Shown here: positions 1 to 10,546 of the stretch, piece by piece | Layout of the letters: every line of letters starts with the position of its first letter | Position numbering within the stretch: position 1 is the first letter of the stretch | Made by a program: the position numbers and the translations under genes | The notes under the pieces: generated by a model | The model's database searches: none | What the model saw: only the letters and a program-made list of their open reading frames with translations | Told to the model about the DNA's origin: nothing | Assembly (NCBI RefSeq): GCF_029267015.1 | Contig: NZ_JARIEA010000070.1 | Coordinates: 269-64,268, forward strand | Source: Sporosarcina ureae | GTDB taxonomy: Bacteria; Bacillota; Bacilli; Bacillales_A; Planococcaceae | Reading direction: 5' to 3' | DNA length: 64,000 bases

Positions 1-1
1 A

Positions 2-135
2 GGATGGAAGCGGAAGTTGGGGGCGACTCCCGATGGATCAGCCCGATCAGGTGAGACAACCAAAAGAGAGCGCAGCGAACTGGTTGGCTCACCGCGGGCC
101 CATGGGAAAGCGTCCGCCAGCTGGAGCTTCCATCC
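2..135. repeat. Structured intergenic repeat (MITE/REP-like), copy 1
   Basis: Terminal inverted repeat GGATGGAAGC (2-11) / GCTTCCATCC (126-135); nested internal palindromes; core closely matches the reverse complement of 18024-18159. Confidence 0.85.
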
Positions 136-247
136 CAACACACTCAAATATTCACTCACTATTTTCACTTGACCTTGAATTTGAACTTAAATTACTTGAA
201 ATACACACCAGTTTTATTTATGCAAATTTCCGAAGGTCGTACAAGTA

Positions 248-271
248 GAAAACCCGTTCGTATGCTATAAT
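248..271 (+). promoter_or_regulatory. Candidate LexA (SOS) box overlapping the ruvA promoter, with extended -10
   Basis: GAAAACCCGTTC (248-259) is one mismatch from GAAC-N4-GTTC; TGcTATAAT at 263-271; ruvAB is SOS-regulated in B. subtilis. Confidence 0.45.
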
Positions 272-299
272 AACAGGTATACTTTAGGGGGAGAATACT

Positions 300-905
300 T
301 TGTACGATTACATAAAAGGCTATGTGACACGCGTGACACCGGAATATGTTGTGCTGGAGCAATCGGGGATCGGCTGGCAAGTGATGACGCCGAATCCATT
401 TGCGTTCCATATAACAGACGAGGTACAGCAAGTGTTCACATATTTGCATGTGCGTGAAGACACGCAATTATTGATCGGCTTTAAGACACTTGAACAGCGC
501 GAACTGTTCCGCAAACTGATTACCGTTTCGGGAATCGGTCCTAAAGGCGCGCTCGCAATTCTTGCGAACGGCTTGCCTTCTCAAGTAGTAAGTGCAATTG
601 AGCGCGAAGATGAAGGGTTCCTGGTACAGTTTCCAGGCGTCGGCAAGAAAACAGCGCGTCAAATGATTTTGGACTTAAAAGGCAAGCTTCATGATCTATT
701 TACGGAGATTGATTTGCCGGATTCGGAAGACACATTGCTTACGCTTGCTGAAAGTGACGAGCTCGACGAAGCATTGCTTGCGTTGACTGCGCTTGGTTAT
801 TCGGATCGCGAACTAAAGAAAGTGAAGCCGAAGCTCGAGAAAGAAGAACTCGATACAGAAGGCTATATGCGACTGGCGTTAAAGTTATTATTGAAACAAG
901 GCTAA
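300..905 (+). CDS. ruvA: Holliday junction branch migration protein RuvA
   Basis: TTG start; HhH motifs VSGIGPKGA and FPGVGKKTA; C-terminal ALTALGY; adjacent to ruvB. Confidence 0.97.
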   Translation: MYDYIKGYVTRVTPEYVVLEQSGIGWQVMTPNPFAFHITDEVQQVFTYLHVREDTQLLIGFKTLEQRELFRKLITVSGIGPKGALAILANGLPSQVVSAIEREDEGFLVQFPGVGKKTARQMILDLKGKLHDLFTEIDLPDSEDTLLTLAESDELDEALLALTALGYSDRELKKVKPKLEKEELDTEGYMRLALKLLLKQG

Positions 906-924
906 TACGATGGAGGTGGTTCCA

Positions 925-1923
925 ATGGATGAACGCATACTGACGAATGAAGCGACGGATTTTGATGATAGTTTTGAACAGTCATTACGCCCGCAATTAT
1001 TACAACAATATATTGGTCAGCAACAGGCGAAAGATAATTTATCGATCTTTATCGAGGCGGCAAAGAAGCGGGAAGAAAGTTTGGATCATGTCTTGCTGTA
1101 TGGTCCTCCTGGGCTTGGAAAAACGACGCTCGCGACGGTAATAGGTAATGAAATGGGTGTCAATGTCCGCATGACGAGCGGTCCAGCTATTGAACGTCCG
1201 GGTGACTTAGCGGCAGTCGTGTCTTCGTTGGAGCCGGGTGACGTCTTATTCATCGATGAAATCCACCGGCTGAACCGCGCGATTGAAGAAGTGCTGTATC
1301 CCGCAATGGAAGATTTTTGTCTCGATATTATGGTGGGAAAAGGTCCGACTGCGCGCTCTGTGCGACTGGATTTGCCGCCGTTTACATTGATCGGTGCGAC
1401 GACGCGTGCAGGGGCATTGTCTGCACCGCTCCGTGACCGTTTCGGTGTACCGCTTAGACTAGAGTATTATGAAGTGGAATCATTGACGGAGATTGTTATT
1501 CGAAGCGCGAATTTATTTGAAGTGGACATTGATCCGTTAGCAGCTGTGGAACTGGCGAAACGCTCGCGTGGAACACCACGTATTGCAAATCGTCTACTGC
1601 GTAGAGTACGCGACTATGCACAAGTGCGCGGTAACGGAATCATTACACTTTCGATTGCACAAGAAGCCCTCGATATGCTACAAGTGGATCATCATGGACT
1701 CGATCAAATCGACCATCAGTTGCTCCATAGCATGATCGAACGGTTCCGTGGCGGTCCAGTCGGCATTGACACGCTCGCTGCAAGTATTGGCGAAGAGTCG
1801 GTAACGATTGAAGATGTTTATGAGCCGTATTTATTACAAATGGGATTTATTCAACGTACATCAAGAGGTCGGATGGCGACAGAAAAGGCTTACGAGCATT
1901 TCGGTTATCCGCTTCCTGAGTGA
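925..1923 (+). CDS. ruvB: Holliday junction DNA helicase RuvB
   Basis: Walker [27 protein letters not shown]; start set at ATG 925 after GGAGGTG RBS. Confidence 0.98.
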   Translation: MDERILTNEATDFDDSFEQSLRPQLLQQYIGQQQAKDNLSIFIEAAKKREESLDHVLLYGPPGLGKTTLATVIGNEMGVNVRMTSGPAIERPGDLAAVVSSLEPGDVLFIDEIHRLNRAIEEVLYPAMEDFCLDIMVGKGPTARSVRLDLPPFTLIGATTRAGALSAPLRDRFGVPLRLEYYEVESLTEIVIRSANLFEVDIDPLAAVELAKRSRGTPRIANRLLRRVRDYAQVRGNGIITLSIAQEALDMLQVDHHGLDQIDHQLLHSMIERFRGGPVGIDTLAASIGEESVTIEDVYEPYLLQMGFIQRTSRGRMATEKAYEHFGYPLPE

Positions 1924-1938
1924 CAGATAGGAGTTAGC

Positions 1939-2994
1939 GTGATGGAAGTAGAAGATTTTGATTTTGATTTACCCGAGCATTTAATTGCACAAACACCACT
2001 TTTGGACCGAACAGCAAGTCGTTTACTTGTCATGGGTCGGGATAATGGTATCGTCACGCATAAGCATTTCCGTGATCTAGTGGATGAACTAGAAGCAGGG
2101 GACTTGCTCGTGTTGAACGATACGAAAGTATTGCCGGCGCGTTTAATCGGTACGAAAGAAGAAACCGGTGCGACGATTGAAGTATTATTATTAAAAGAAA
2201 CAGGGGACGACCGCTGGGAAACATTGGTCAAGCCTTCAAAACGTATAAAAGTCGGAACAATTGTGACATTTGGTGACGGCTTGCTGCAGGCTGAATGTAC
2301 AGCACTTGGTGAACAAGGTGGGCGTGAATTTAAATTTAGTTATGACGGTATTTTCTACGAGTTGCTTGATCAGCTCGGACAGATGCCGTTGCCTCCATAT
2401 ATTACTGAGACGTTGGAAGATCAGACGCGCTATCAAACCGTTTTCGCAAAAGAGCGTGGATCTGCTGCAGCTCCTACAGCTGGTTTGCATTTTACGGATG
2501 AAATCTTGGATGCTTTACGGGAAAAAGGCGTGCAGATCGCTTTCATTACGTTGCATGTTGGACTTGGTACATTCCGTCCTGTTAGTGTAGATACAATTGA
2601 AGACCACACGATGCATGCGGAATATTATGTGATGACAGAAGAAACGGCGGCACTTGTTCGCGAGACAAAAGCCAATGGCGGCAATGTAGTAGCGGTCGGT
2701 ACGACGTCTACACGGACGCTTGAAACGATTGCTTCAGAGAATAACGGAGAAGTGGTCGCTGCGAGTGGCTGGACTTCGATATTTATTTATCCTGGCTATG
2801 AGTTTAAAGCAATTGACGGGCTAGTGACGAATTTCCACTTGCCGAAATCGACGTTGTTGATGCTATTGTCGGCATTTGCCGGACGCGATCACGTCATGAG
2901 TGCATATGAAGAAGCTGTGAAAGAGCAGTATCGCTTTTTCAGTTTTGGGGACGCGATGTTGATCCGCCCTGCTACAAGAAAGGAACGAGGTTAA
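1939..2994 (+). CDS. queA: S-adenosylmethionine:tRNA ribosyltransferase-isomerase
   Basis: [43 protein letters not shown] motifs. Confidence 0.98.
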   Translation: MMEVEDFDFDLPEHLIAQTPLLDRTASRLLVMGRDNGIVTHKHFRDLVDELEAGDLLVLNDTKVLPARLIGTKEETGATIEVLLLKETGDDRWETLVKPSKRIKVGTIVTFGDGLLQAECTALGEQGGREFKFSYDGIFYELLDQLGQMPLPPYITETLEDQTRYQTVFAKERGSAAAPTAGLHFTDEILDALREKGVQIAFITLHVGLGTFRPVSVDTIEDHTMHAEYYVMTEETAALVRETKANGGNVVAVGTTSTRTLETIASENNGEVVAASGWTSIFIYPGYEFKAIDGLVTNFHLPKSTLLMLLSAFAGRDHVMSAYEEAVKEQYRFFSFGDAMLIRPATRKERG

Positions 2995-4134
<1,140 letters not shown>

Positions 4135-4181
4135 ATCTTGTATAATAAAATTTGATGCTTTAGGAAGGGGGAAAATTTAAA

Positions 4182-4448
4182 ATGATGGAACAATACGGTG
4201 GTATTTTCACACTAGTCATCATGGTGGCTATTATGTGGTTTTTACTCATTCGTCCTGCTCAGAAGAGACAGAAGGCAGCGAAAGAGATGCAAACTAGTTT
4301 GAAGCGTGGAGACGAAGTCGTAACAATCGGTGGTATTCACGGAACTGTGGATGCGGTTGATGAAACATCTGTTTTCTTACGTGTATCGGACACTACAGTT
4401 TTGCGTTTTGACAAGCAAGCGGTAGGTAGAGTTGTAACAGCGTCATAA
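4182..4448 (+). CDS. yajC: Preprotein translocase subunit YajC
   Basis: One TM helix then RPAQKRQK and GDEVVTIGGIHG; canonical position after tgt. Confidence 0.95.
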   Translation: MMEQYGGIFTLVIMVAIMWFLLIRPAQKRQKAAKEMQTSLKRGDEVVTIGGIHGTVDAVDETSVFLRVSDTTVLRFDKQAVGRVVTAS

Positions 4449-4449
4449 T

Positions 4450-4494
4450 AAAAAGCGGTTATCTACTGGTATGTCCATAGATTGCCGCTTTTTT
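4450..4494 (+). terminator. Intrinsic terminator after yajC
   Basis: AAAAAGCGG...CCGCTTTTTT stem with T-tract. Confidence 0.8.
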
Positions 4495-4504
4495 GTATGC
4501 GGGT

Positions 4505-4533
4505 GTATAGAAAAAAGATCTGCCGACACACTA
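4505..4533 (+). promoter_or_regulatory. Possible sigG/sigF-type forespore promoter of yrbG
   Basis: GTATA-N17-CACACTA resembles GHATR-N17/18-CATHHTA (one mismatch in the -10). Confidence 0.3.
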
Positions 4534-4556
4534 TGTGTGAAGGAGGCAGATGTGCA

Positions 4557-5192
4557 GTGCATGATTTATGGATCATCGGCTTACGTACGATCTTTTTATA
4601 TGTGTTTCTTCTGGTGATATTACGTATTATGGGAAAACGGGAAGTGGGCGAATTAGGTGTCATAGATATTGTAGTCTTCATCATCATGGCAGAAGTTGCC
4701 GCCATGATAGTGGAATCACCTGATAAACCGATTTTCGAAGGGGTTCTTCCCATCCTTTTGTTACTCGTTATTCAATATATATCGTCGATGATTTCATTGA
4801 AAAGCAAGAAGTTCCGTGATCTGGTCGACGGGGATCCTACGCTAATTATTAAGCATGGAGAGATCCAGGAAGATGAAATGCGTAAACAGCGATATAATCT
4901 CGACGATTTGTTTCAACAATTACGTGAAAATCAAGTAGGTTCGATTCATAATGTGACGTTTGCGTATCTCGAACCTTCCGGGAATTTATCCGTATTCACA
5001 AAAGACGGAGATCTGCCGATTGTCGGACTGGTGCTTGACGGTGATATTCAGCCAGAGCATTTGGAGTTGATCGGTAAGACAGAAGACTGGTTGCTGCAAG
5101 AATTACATGCTAAAAATATCACCGATTTGAGCAAGATTTTCTATTGCTCGTATGAACAAGGTGAAATAAGAGTACAACTAAAACATGATTAA
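4557..5192 (+). CDS. yrbG: DUF421/YetF-family membrane protein
   Basis: RIMGKREVGEL...DIVV and LEPSGNLSV motifs; GTG start 10 nt after GGAGG; same position as B. subtilis yrbG. Confidence 0.85.
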   Translation: MHDLWIIGLRTIFLYVFLLVILRIMGKREVGELGVIDIVVFIIMAEVAAMIVESPDKPIFEGVLPILLLLVIQYISSMISLKSKKFRDLVDGDPTLIIKHGEIQEDEMRKQRYNLDDLFQQLRENQVGSIHNVTFAYLEPSGNLSVFTKDGDLPIVGLVLDGDIQPEHLELIGKTEDWLLQELHAKNITDLSKIFYCSYEQGEIRVQLKHD

Positions 5193-6706
5193 TAACGTTT
5201 GACTAAATTCCGTAGCATGATAAAGTCCTGCGCTTTGATTTGTCTAGTCAGCAATAATAAAGCGAACAGCACGCCTGACGTAATGGCGCATTCGACAAAT
5301 AAATGTTGCGAGCCGATCGGAATGAAAATCGGACGGATGACGACGGTCAACAAAAACACAATATAGGTCATTGCGAACATCGAGAACCCTGTGGCGGTTG
5401 ATTTGTTTTTACGCAGTGTCGCGATATGTAGGAAAGACGTGATGAGTACGCCGAATCCGATCGCTAGTACAGCACCTGTTTCTTGAAGACCAGGTTGCGA
5501 TGCCAAAATGAACATGACCGCAAGCTTCGCGATCCCGCCATAGACGGAGTTCATCATGCCGGCTTTTGCGTCACCGGTTGCCTGTAAAATGGAATAAAGC
5601 GGACTTTGAATATAATAAAAGAAAAAGATGGGCGCGAGCATTGTCATATAGCTGCCGCCTTCTACAATATGAAATAACTTCTCGGCGAGTTCTTGGCCGT
5701 GGATGTAAAAAACAGTAGCCGCAAATGCCCCCGTCAAAGCGGATAAACGTAATGCCAAGTGAATTCTTTCTTGCAACTTTTTGACGTTACTCGAAGCAGC
5801 TGCACCGCTTACGGCCGGAACAAGCACGACGGATAATGCATACGGAATGAATGCCGGAAACAATAATAACGGAATAAGTACCCCTGAAATGACTCCGTAC
5901 AATGAAGTGGCAGCTACCGTTCCAACGCCTGCCATGGAGAGTGCGCGTAAAAAGATAATAGGCTCGAGAAACCATGTGAAAGTTCCAAATAGACGACTGC
6001 CTGACGAAGGAAGTGCCACCTCAAGGATGGGCTCCATCGGATAGCGCGGTTCTTTTTTTTGTGGTTTTGGCTCCTTTTTTTGTTGCTGGCGGTATTTGTA
6101 TAAAAGATACAGTACCGACACGACTTCAGCTACGAGTGTCACAGCCATCGCATATGCCGCGTTCATCATCGGATCATCAGGAGCTAAAATGTACGGAAGC
6201 ATCCACGTAATCAATAAAATACGGAAGATTTGCTCGATGACTTGTGCCCATGCGGTTTCCTCAATTCGTGAAACCCCTTGAAAATACCCTCTGATTAATC
6301 CACCAATTGAAGCGATAGGTACGATGGCAAGGGCTACGTATAATGCAGTAGAAGTTGCGCTATTACCGAGTAAAGTTTCGGCTAGAAAAGGAATGAACAG
6401 AATACATGCTGGAATGAAGACTGCGCCAGATAAGATAGTAATAAATGTGGCAGTTCTCATAACTTGTCGTAATTGTACAGTGCTACCTTGCGCTTTTAGT
6501 TCCGCTATTACCTTAGCTATTGCAATTGGCACGCCAAGCTGTACTAAGGAGAGGAAAAAGATGAATGCCGGGTATGCGGTCATATAGATTCCAACCGTTT
6601 CTTCTCCTGCTACTCGCATAAATTGAATTCGATAGACGAAGCCGAGTAATTTCGATAAAAACACGGCCGCCATCAAAAAGATCGTCCCACGTATGAATGA
6701 CGACAC
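5189..6706 (-). CDS. spoVB: Stage V sporulation protein B (MurJ-like polysaccharide/lipid II flippase family)
   Basis: FIRGTIFL...LSKLLGFVYRI N-terminus, multiple TM helices; antisense between yrbG and comN as in Bacillus. Confidence 0.85.
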   Translation of the reverse strand: MSSFIRGTIFLMAAVFLSKLLGFVYRIQFMRVAGEETVGIYMTAYPAFIFFLSLVQLGVPIAIAKVIAELKAQGSTVQLRQVMRTATFITILSGAVFIPACILFIPFLAETLLGNSATSTALYVALAIVPIASIGGLIRGYFQGVSRIEETAWAQVIEQIFRILLITWMLPYILAPDDPMMNAAYAMAVTLVAEVVSVLYLLYKYRQQQKKEPKPQKKEPRYPMEPILEVALPSSGSRLFGTFTWFLEPIIFLRALSMAGVGTVAATSLYGVISGVLIPLLLFPAFIPYALSVVLVPAVSGAAASSNVKKLQERIHLALRLSALTGAFAATVFYIHGQELAEKLFHIVEGGSYMTMLAPIFFFYYIQSPLYSILQATGDAKAGMMNSVYGGIAKLAVMFILASQPGLQETGAVLAIGFGVLITSFLHIATLRKNKSTATGFSMFAMTYIVFLLTVVIRPIFIPIGSQHLFVECAITSGVLFALLLLTRQIKAQDFIMLRNLVKRY

Positions 6707-6780
6707 CCTGCACCACTCCTTCTGTTTTGCCGCTCGTTCAATTACTTACATAATGCTTGGGCAAAACCCAAATATAGTTA

Positions 6781-6808
6781 AGTGTATGTGATATAATCAA
6801 GTTTATTC
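6781..6808 (-). promoter_or_regulatory. Candidate sigE promoter for spoVB, overlapping the sigA -10 of comN on the other strand
   Basis: Minus strand GAATAAA-N13-CATACACT; plus strand TGaTATAAT at 6789-6797. Confidence 0.4.
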
Positions 6809-6838
6809 CGGAACAAAACGCGAGGGGGGGAAGCGGCA

Positions 6839-7150
6839 TTGGATCAACAGCTGACAGACTTATACAGACAGTTGCTCCCTGCACTAGAAAGTAAAAAAAA
6901 AGAATTGACGTTTTACGGCTACTCGGAGATTACGGAAGAAGATTTATTAGGATATTTGGTAGCGAAGAAGTGGCGGAAAAAAGATATTTCCACCATGCGT
7001 TCACACGAAATGATTTCAGATGTCCTGGCAATTACCGCGGCACAGTTCATGACCCATACACAAACAGAGGCTCAACGCAATAGTGAAGACGTTTTGGAAT
7101 TGAGCGAAGAGGAATGGTCTGTGTTATTTTCGCCCAAAAAAACTGATTGA
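6839..7150 (+). CDS. comN: Post-transcriptional regulator ComN family
   Basis: PALESKKKELTFYGY...KKW pattern; TTG start; sits between spoVB and secDF. Confidence 0.8.
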   Translation: MDQQLTDLYRQLLPALESKKKELTFYGYSEITEEDLLGYLVAKKWRKKDISTMRSHEMISDVLAITAAQFMTHTQTEAQRNSEDVLELSEEEWSVLFSPKKTD

Positions 7151-7281
7151 TTTGCGATTCTAGTCATGAAGTATTTGACACAGACAACCGACTGTTTCAT
7201 AATTGGTATGTTGTATAATGAGAGACCGAAAGTACATAACAAGTGCTATGCCGCTCTAGTATATGAGGGGGAAAAGGAAAT

Positions 7282-9549
7282 ATGAAAAACAGAGGAAGGA
7301 TCGTCGCGTTTTTGCTGCTTATCGTTATTTTGGCATCAACGGTATTTTCCACGACGAGTCCGATTTTAAAAGATGTCAAGCTAGGTCTTGACTTGCAAGG
7401 TGGTTTCGAGGTTCTGTACCAAGTGAAGCCATTGAAAGACGGACAGAAGATCACGGAGTCGACGGTTGCCGATACGGCCCGCGCTTTGACGAATCGTATT
7501 GACGTACTCGGTGTAAGTGAGCCAAGTATTCAAATCGAATCGAACAACCGGATCCGCGTTCAGCTTGCCGGGGTAGAAGATCAGGAATCTGCCCGCGAAT
7601 TATTATCCACTCAAGCTAATCTGTCGTTCCGTAATGCGAATGATGAATTGATGCTAGACGGAAATGATTTGAAAGAAGGTAAAGCAAAAGCCAATTTCGA
7701 TGAGAACAACAATCCCGTTGTCACATTGGAAATGAAAGATCCAAATAAATTTGGAGAAGTTACATCTCAAATTGTACAAATGAAGCCAGACAATATGTTG
7801 GTCATCTGGTTGGACTTCATTGAAGGTGAAAGCTCCTTTAAAGAAGAAGCCATGAAACCAGAACCTGCTTTCATCTCGGCTCCTTATGTGTCTAAAACGA
7901 TCAACTCTTCAAATGTCGAGATCTCAGGGAACTTCTCTATTGAAGAGACAAAGAACTTAGCGGGTATTCTAAACGCCGGTGCATTACCTGTTGATTTAGA
8001 GGAAATTTACTCGACTTCTGTCGGTGCACAATTTGGTGAGCAAGCACTTGATAAAACGATATTCGCAGGAATTGTCGGCGTCAGCTTGGTCTTTATCTTT
8101 ATGGCACTCTATTACCGTTTGCCAGGGCTTATTGCAGTTGTCACACTCTCTGTTTATATCTTTTTGATTTTACTAGTGTTCACATTAATCAATGGTGTGT
8201 TGACACTACCAGGTATCGCGGCATTAATGCTCGGGGTCGGGATGGCAGTCGATGCCAATATCATCACCTATGAGCGGATCAAAGAAGAATTACGTGTCGG
8301 AAAATCGGTTAAAACGTCCTTTACGGCCGGAGCGAAGTCTTCGTTCACCGCGATTCTTGATGCGAACGTCACGACACTCCTTGCGGCAGTAGTATTGTTC
8401 ATTTATGGTACAAGCTCTGTTAAAGGTTTCGCGACAATGTTAATTATCAGTATCATGGTCAGTTTCTTAACAGCTGTTTGGGGATCACGTCTACTGCTTG
8501 GTCTACTCGTTCACAGTGGATACCTCGACAATAAAGTCAGCTGGTTTGGACTGAACAAGAAACAAGTTCACTCAGCGGATGAAGGCTATGAAACACTTGA
8601 TTTGACTACGAAATTCGACCGTTTTGATTTCGTTCATTCAAGAAAACGTTTCTATACATTGTCCATTGTCTTGTTGTTAGTCGGAGCGATTATGCTCGGT
8701 GTCTTCAAGCTCAATCTAGGAATCGACTTCTCCGGTGGTACACGTGTTGAAGTACTGGCTGAACAGCAGCTGGATGAAGCAGAAGTAACGAAACAGCTTG
8801 AGGATATCGGTCACCCAACGTCAGACGTCGTCATTTCAGGCGATGAGAAAAATATTGCGGTGGCTCGATACAAAGAAGACTTCTCACAAGAAGAAGTCAA
8901 TAAAATCAAAAAAGAAATGTCTGCACTGTATGGCGCAGAGCCAAATGTTTCGACAGTTTCGGATACAGTAGGTAAAGAGCTTGTGCGCAATGCGATCTAT
9001 GCATTAGCCATTGCGGCACTCGGTATCATTATCTACGTGGCGTTCCGTTTCGAATGGCGTATGGGTCTTGCGGCCATTATCGGTTTACTGCATGATGCGT
9101 TCTTCATGATTGCGATCTTCAGTATTTTACGATTGGAAGTAGACATTACATTCATCGCGGCGGTTCTGACGATTATCGGTTACTCAATTAACGATACTAT
9201 CGTAACCTTCGACAGAATACGTGAAAACTTGCAGCGCTCGAAGCATATTAATAATGACGACGAGTTGGCGGCCATCGTCAATAAATCATTGCGACAAACA
9301 CTTGGTCGTTCCGTGAATACGGTTCTGACAGTTATTTTCGTCGTCGTGGCATTGATGGCACTTGGTGCAGAATCAATCCGACCGTTCTCTATCGCATTAT
9401 TGATTGGTTTGATCGCGGGTACGTATTCTTCCATCTTCATCTCTGCTCAACTTTGGTTCGATCTAAAGAGAAAGCAGATTGCGAAGAGTGGCGGAATGAA
9501 AGTAGAAAAAGAGAAAAAACAATGGGGCTCAGACGAACCTGTTGTATAA
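7282..9549 (+). CDS. secDF: Fused protein translocase subunit SecDF
   Basis: LGLDLQGG, GMAVDANIITYERI, LGIDFSGG, GYSINDTIVTFDRIRE. Confidence 0.97.
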   Translation: MKNRGRIVAFLLLIVILASTVFSTTSPILKDVKLGLDLQGGFEVLYQVKPLKDGQKITESTVADTARALTNRIDVLGVSEPSIQIESNNRIRVQLAGVEDQESARELLSTQANLSFRNANDELMLDGNDLKEGKAKANFDENNNPVVTLEMKDPNKFGEVTSQIVQMKPDNMLVIWLDFIEGESSFKEEAMKPEPAFISAPYVSKTINSSNVEISGNFSIEETKNLAGILNAGALPVDLEEIYSTSVGAQFGEQALDKTIFAGIVGVSLVFIFMALYYRLPGLIAVVTLSVYIFLILLVFTLINGVLTLPGIAALMLGVGMAVDANIITYERIKEELRVGKSVKTSFTAGAKSSFTAILDANVTTLLAAVVLFIYGTSSVKGFATMLIISIMVSFLTAVWGSRLLLGLLVHSGYLDNKVSWFGLNKKQVHSADEGYETLDLTTKFDRFDFVHSRKRFYTLSIVLLLVGAIMLGVFKLNLGIDFSGGTRVEVLAEQQLDEAEVTKQLEDIGHPTSDVVISGDEKNIAVARYKEDFSQEEVNKIKKEMSALYGAEPNVSTVSDTVGKELVRNAIYALAIAALGIIIYVAFRFEWRMGLAAIIGLLHDAFFMIAIFSILRLEVDITFIAAVLTIIGYSINDTIVTFDRIRENLQRSKHINNDDELAAIVNKSLRQTLGRSVNTVLTVIFVVVALMALGAESIRPFSIALLIGLIAGTYSSIFISAQLWFDLKRKQIAKSGGMKVEKEKKQWGSDEPVV

Positions 9550-9621
9550 TACGTTTGAACTATATAAAAAGCAGGGTATACTTCGGTATATCCTGCTTTT
9601 TTGAATGGAGGAATGAAGCCT

Positions 9622-9981
9622 ATGAAATTTCAGTGGACGGTATTATTCGGTTTGTTATTTGCTGTGTTGATTGCAGTGTTTGCGGTGTTTAATGTAGAGT
9701 CTGTGCCGGTAAATTATTTCTTTGGTACAGAGATGATCCCACTTGTGTTAATTATTTTGGGCTCGGCTTTGCTAGGTGCAATTATTAGTGGGTTCTTTGC
9801 TATTTATAAGTCTTATCGAAATAGTCGCCGTGTGAAGGAGTTGGATAAGCAGTTGCATTTGAAGGAGGAGGAGTTGACTGCGCAGCGTAGGCAGATGCAG
9901 GAGATGGAAGAGCGCATCGATACGTTGATGGAGCCGCCGTTGGTTCAGGCGGAAATTATTCCGCCGAAAGAGTTGTATTGA
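9622..9981 (+). CDS. LapA-domain (lipopolysaccharide assembly protein A-like) small membrane protein
   Basis: Two TM helices with FAVFNVESVPVNYFFG, then coiled coil; position of B. subtilis yrvD. Confidence 0.75.
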   Translation: MKFQWTVLFGLLFAVLIAVFAVFNVESVPVNYFFGTEMIPLVLIILGSALLGAIISGFFAIYKSYRNSRRVKELDKQLHLKEEELTAQRRQMQEMEERIDTLMEPPLVQAEIIPPKELY

Positions 9982-9990
9982 ATAGGTGAT

Positions 9991-10030
9991 ACCACAATAG
10001 GTCGTGCTTTGCGACTTGTTGTGGTTTTTT
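9991..10030 (+). terminator. Intrinsic terminator
   Basis: ACCACAA...TTGTGGT stem followed by TTTTT. Confidence 0.75.
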
Positions 10031-10134
10031 CGTGGTGTTGTATTTTAGTGGAGAGGTGGGGATAGAGTTGGTTTTTTGCATGATTGCGTAATAAGCGGCG
10101 TTGGTAGTTGTTTTTGCAAGTGATTTTTTCGATT

Positions 10135-10290
10135 GGGGATTGGATGGTGGTAGTGGTTCTGCTGACGATGTGAGTGGGGCGGTCATTGTCCCCACTTCGG
10201 TGCTGGTGGATGGCTTTCGCAAGGAGCCTGAGACAGGAAGGGCGCCTGTCTTAGTCTCCTCGCTACGCCTACCACTGGCAGCACTTTCGT
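10135..10290. other. Multi-hairpin intergenic element, possibly a divergent repeat-family member or ncRNA
   Basis: Stems AGTGGGG/CCCCACT, AGACAGG/CCTGTCT, AGGAG/CTCCT, GGTGGTAG/CTACCACT; minus strand carries GCGTAGCGAGGAGACT and GCGAAAGC, similar to the ~135-bp repeats. Confidence 0.45.
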
Positions 10291-10546
10291 TGGATGATGT
10301 GAAGGGCAATACAGTTTGTTGTTTTCGCAAAGAGTGGAAGGTGAAAAGCGCTTGCTAGAACCTATTCTGTGGTTAAACACTAAACTGAACGTCATCCACT
10401 TTAAAAAAACTATCTGTCTTTCATCCAGTTAGTAGCGAAGTCATAACTACAGAGTAGGCAGATCAACGGCGCCATCCCGCTTCGAACCTCTCCATATCGT
10501 TTCCTTTCAGTCTCCATCCACATTAGCTATAATAAGAACAGAGGAA

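Noticed and set aside
33-248. 71-aa ORF at the window start
   Set aside because: Derived from the repeat element and the ruvA promoter region; no protein signal.
1924-1941. Riboswitch or missing gene between ruvB and queA
   Set aside because: Only ~15 bp, containing just an RBS.
10101-10358. 85-aa ORF (and antisense 70-aa ORF 10183-10395)
   Set aside because: No RBS, no recognisable motif, and it coincides with a hairpin-rich element that explains the open frame.
10368-10412. Resemblance to a preQ1 class I riboswitch (TGTGGTT...CATCCAC-TTTAAAAAAACTA), tempting because queA/tgt are nearby
   Set aside because: Loop is 23 nt instead of about 12, the UUC and ligand-pairing C are missing, and the downstream gene is recJ, not a queuosine gene. 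A cmscan against Rfam preQ1 models would settle it.
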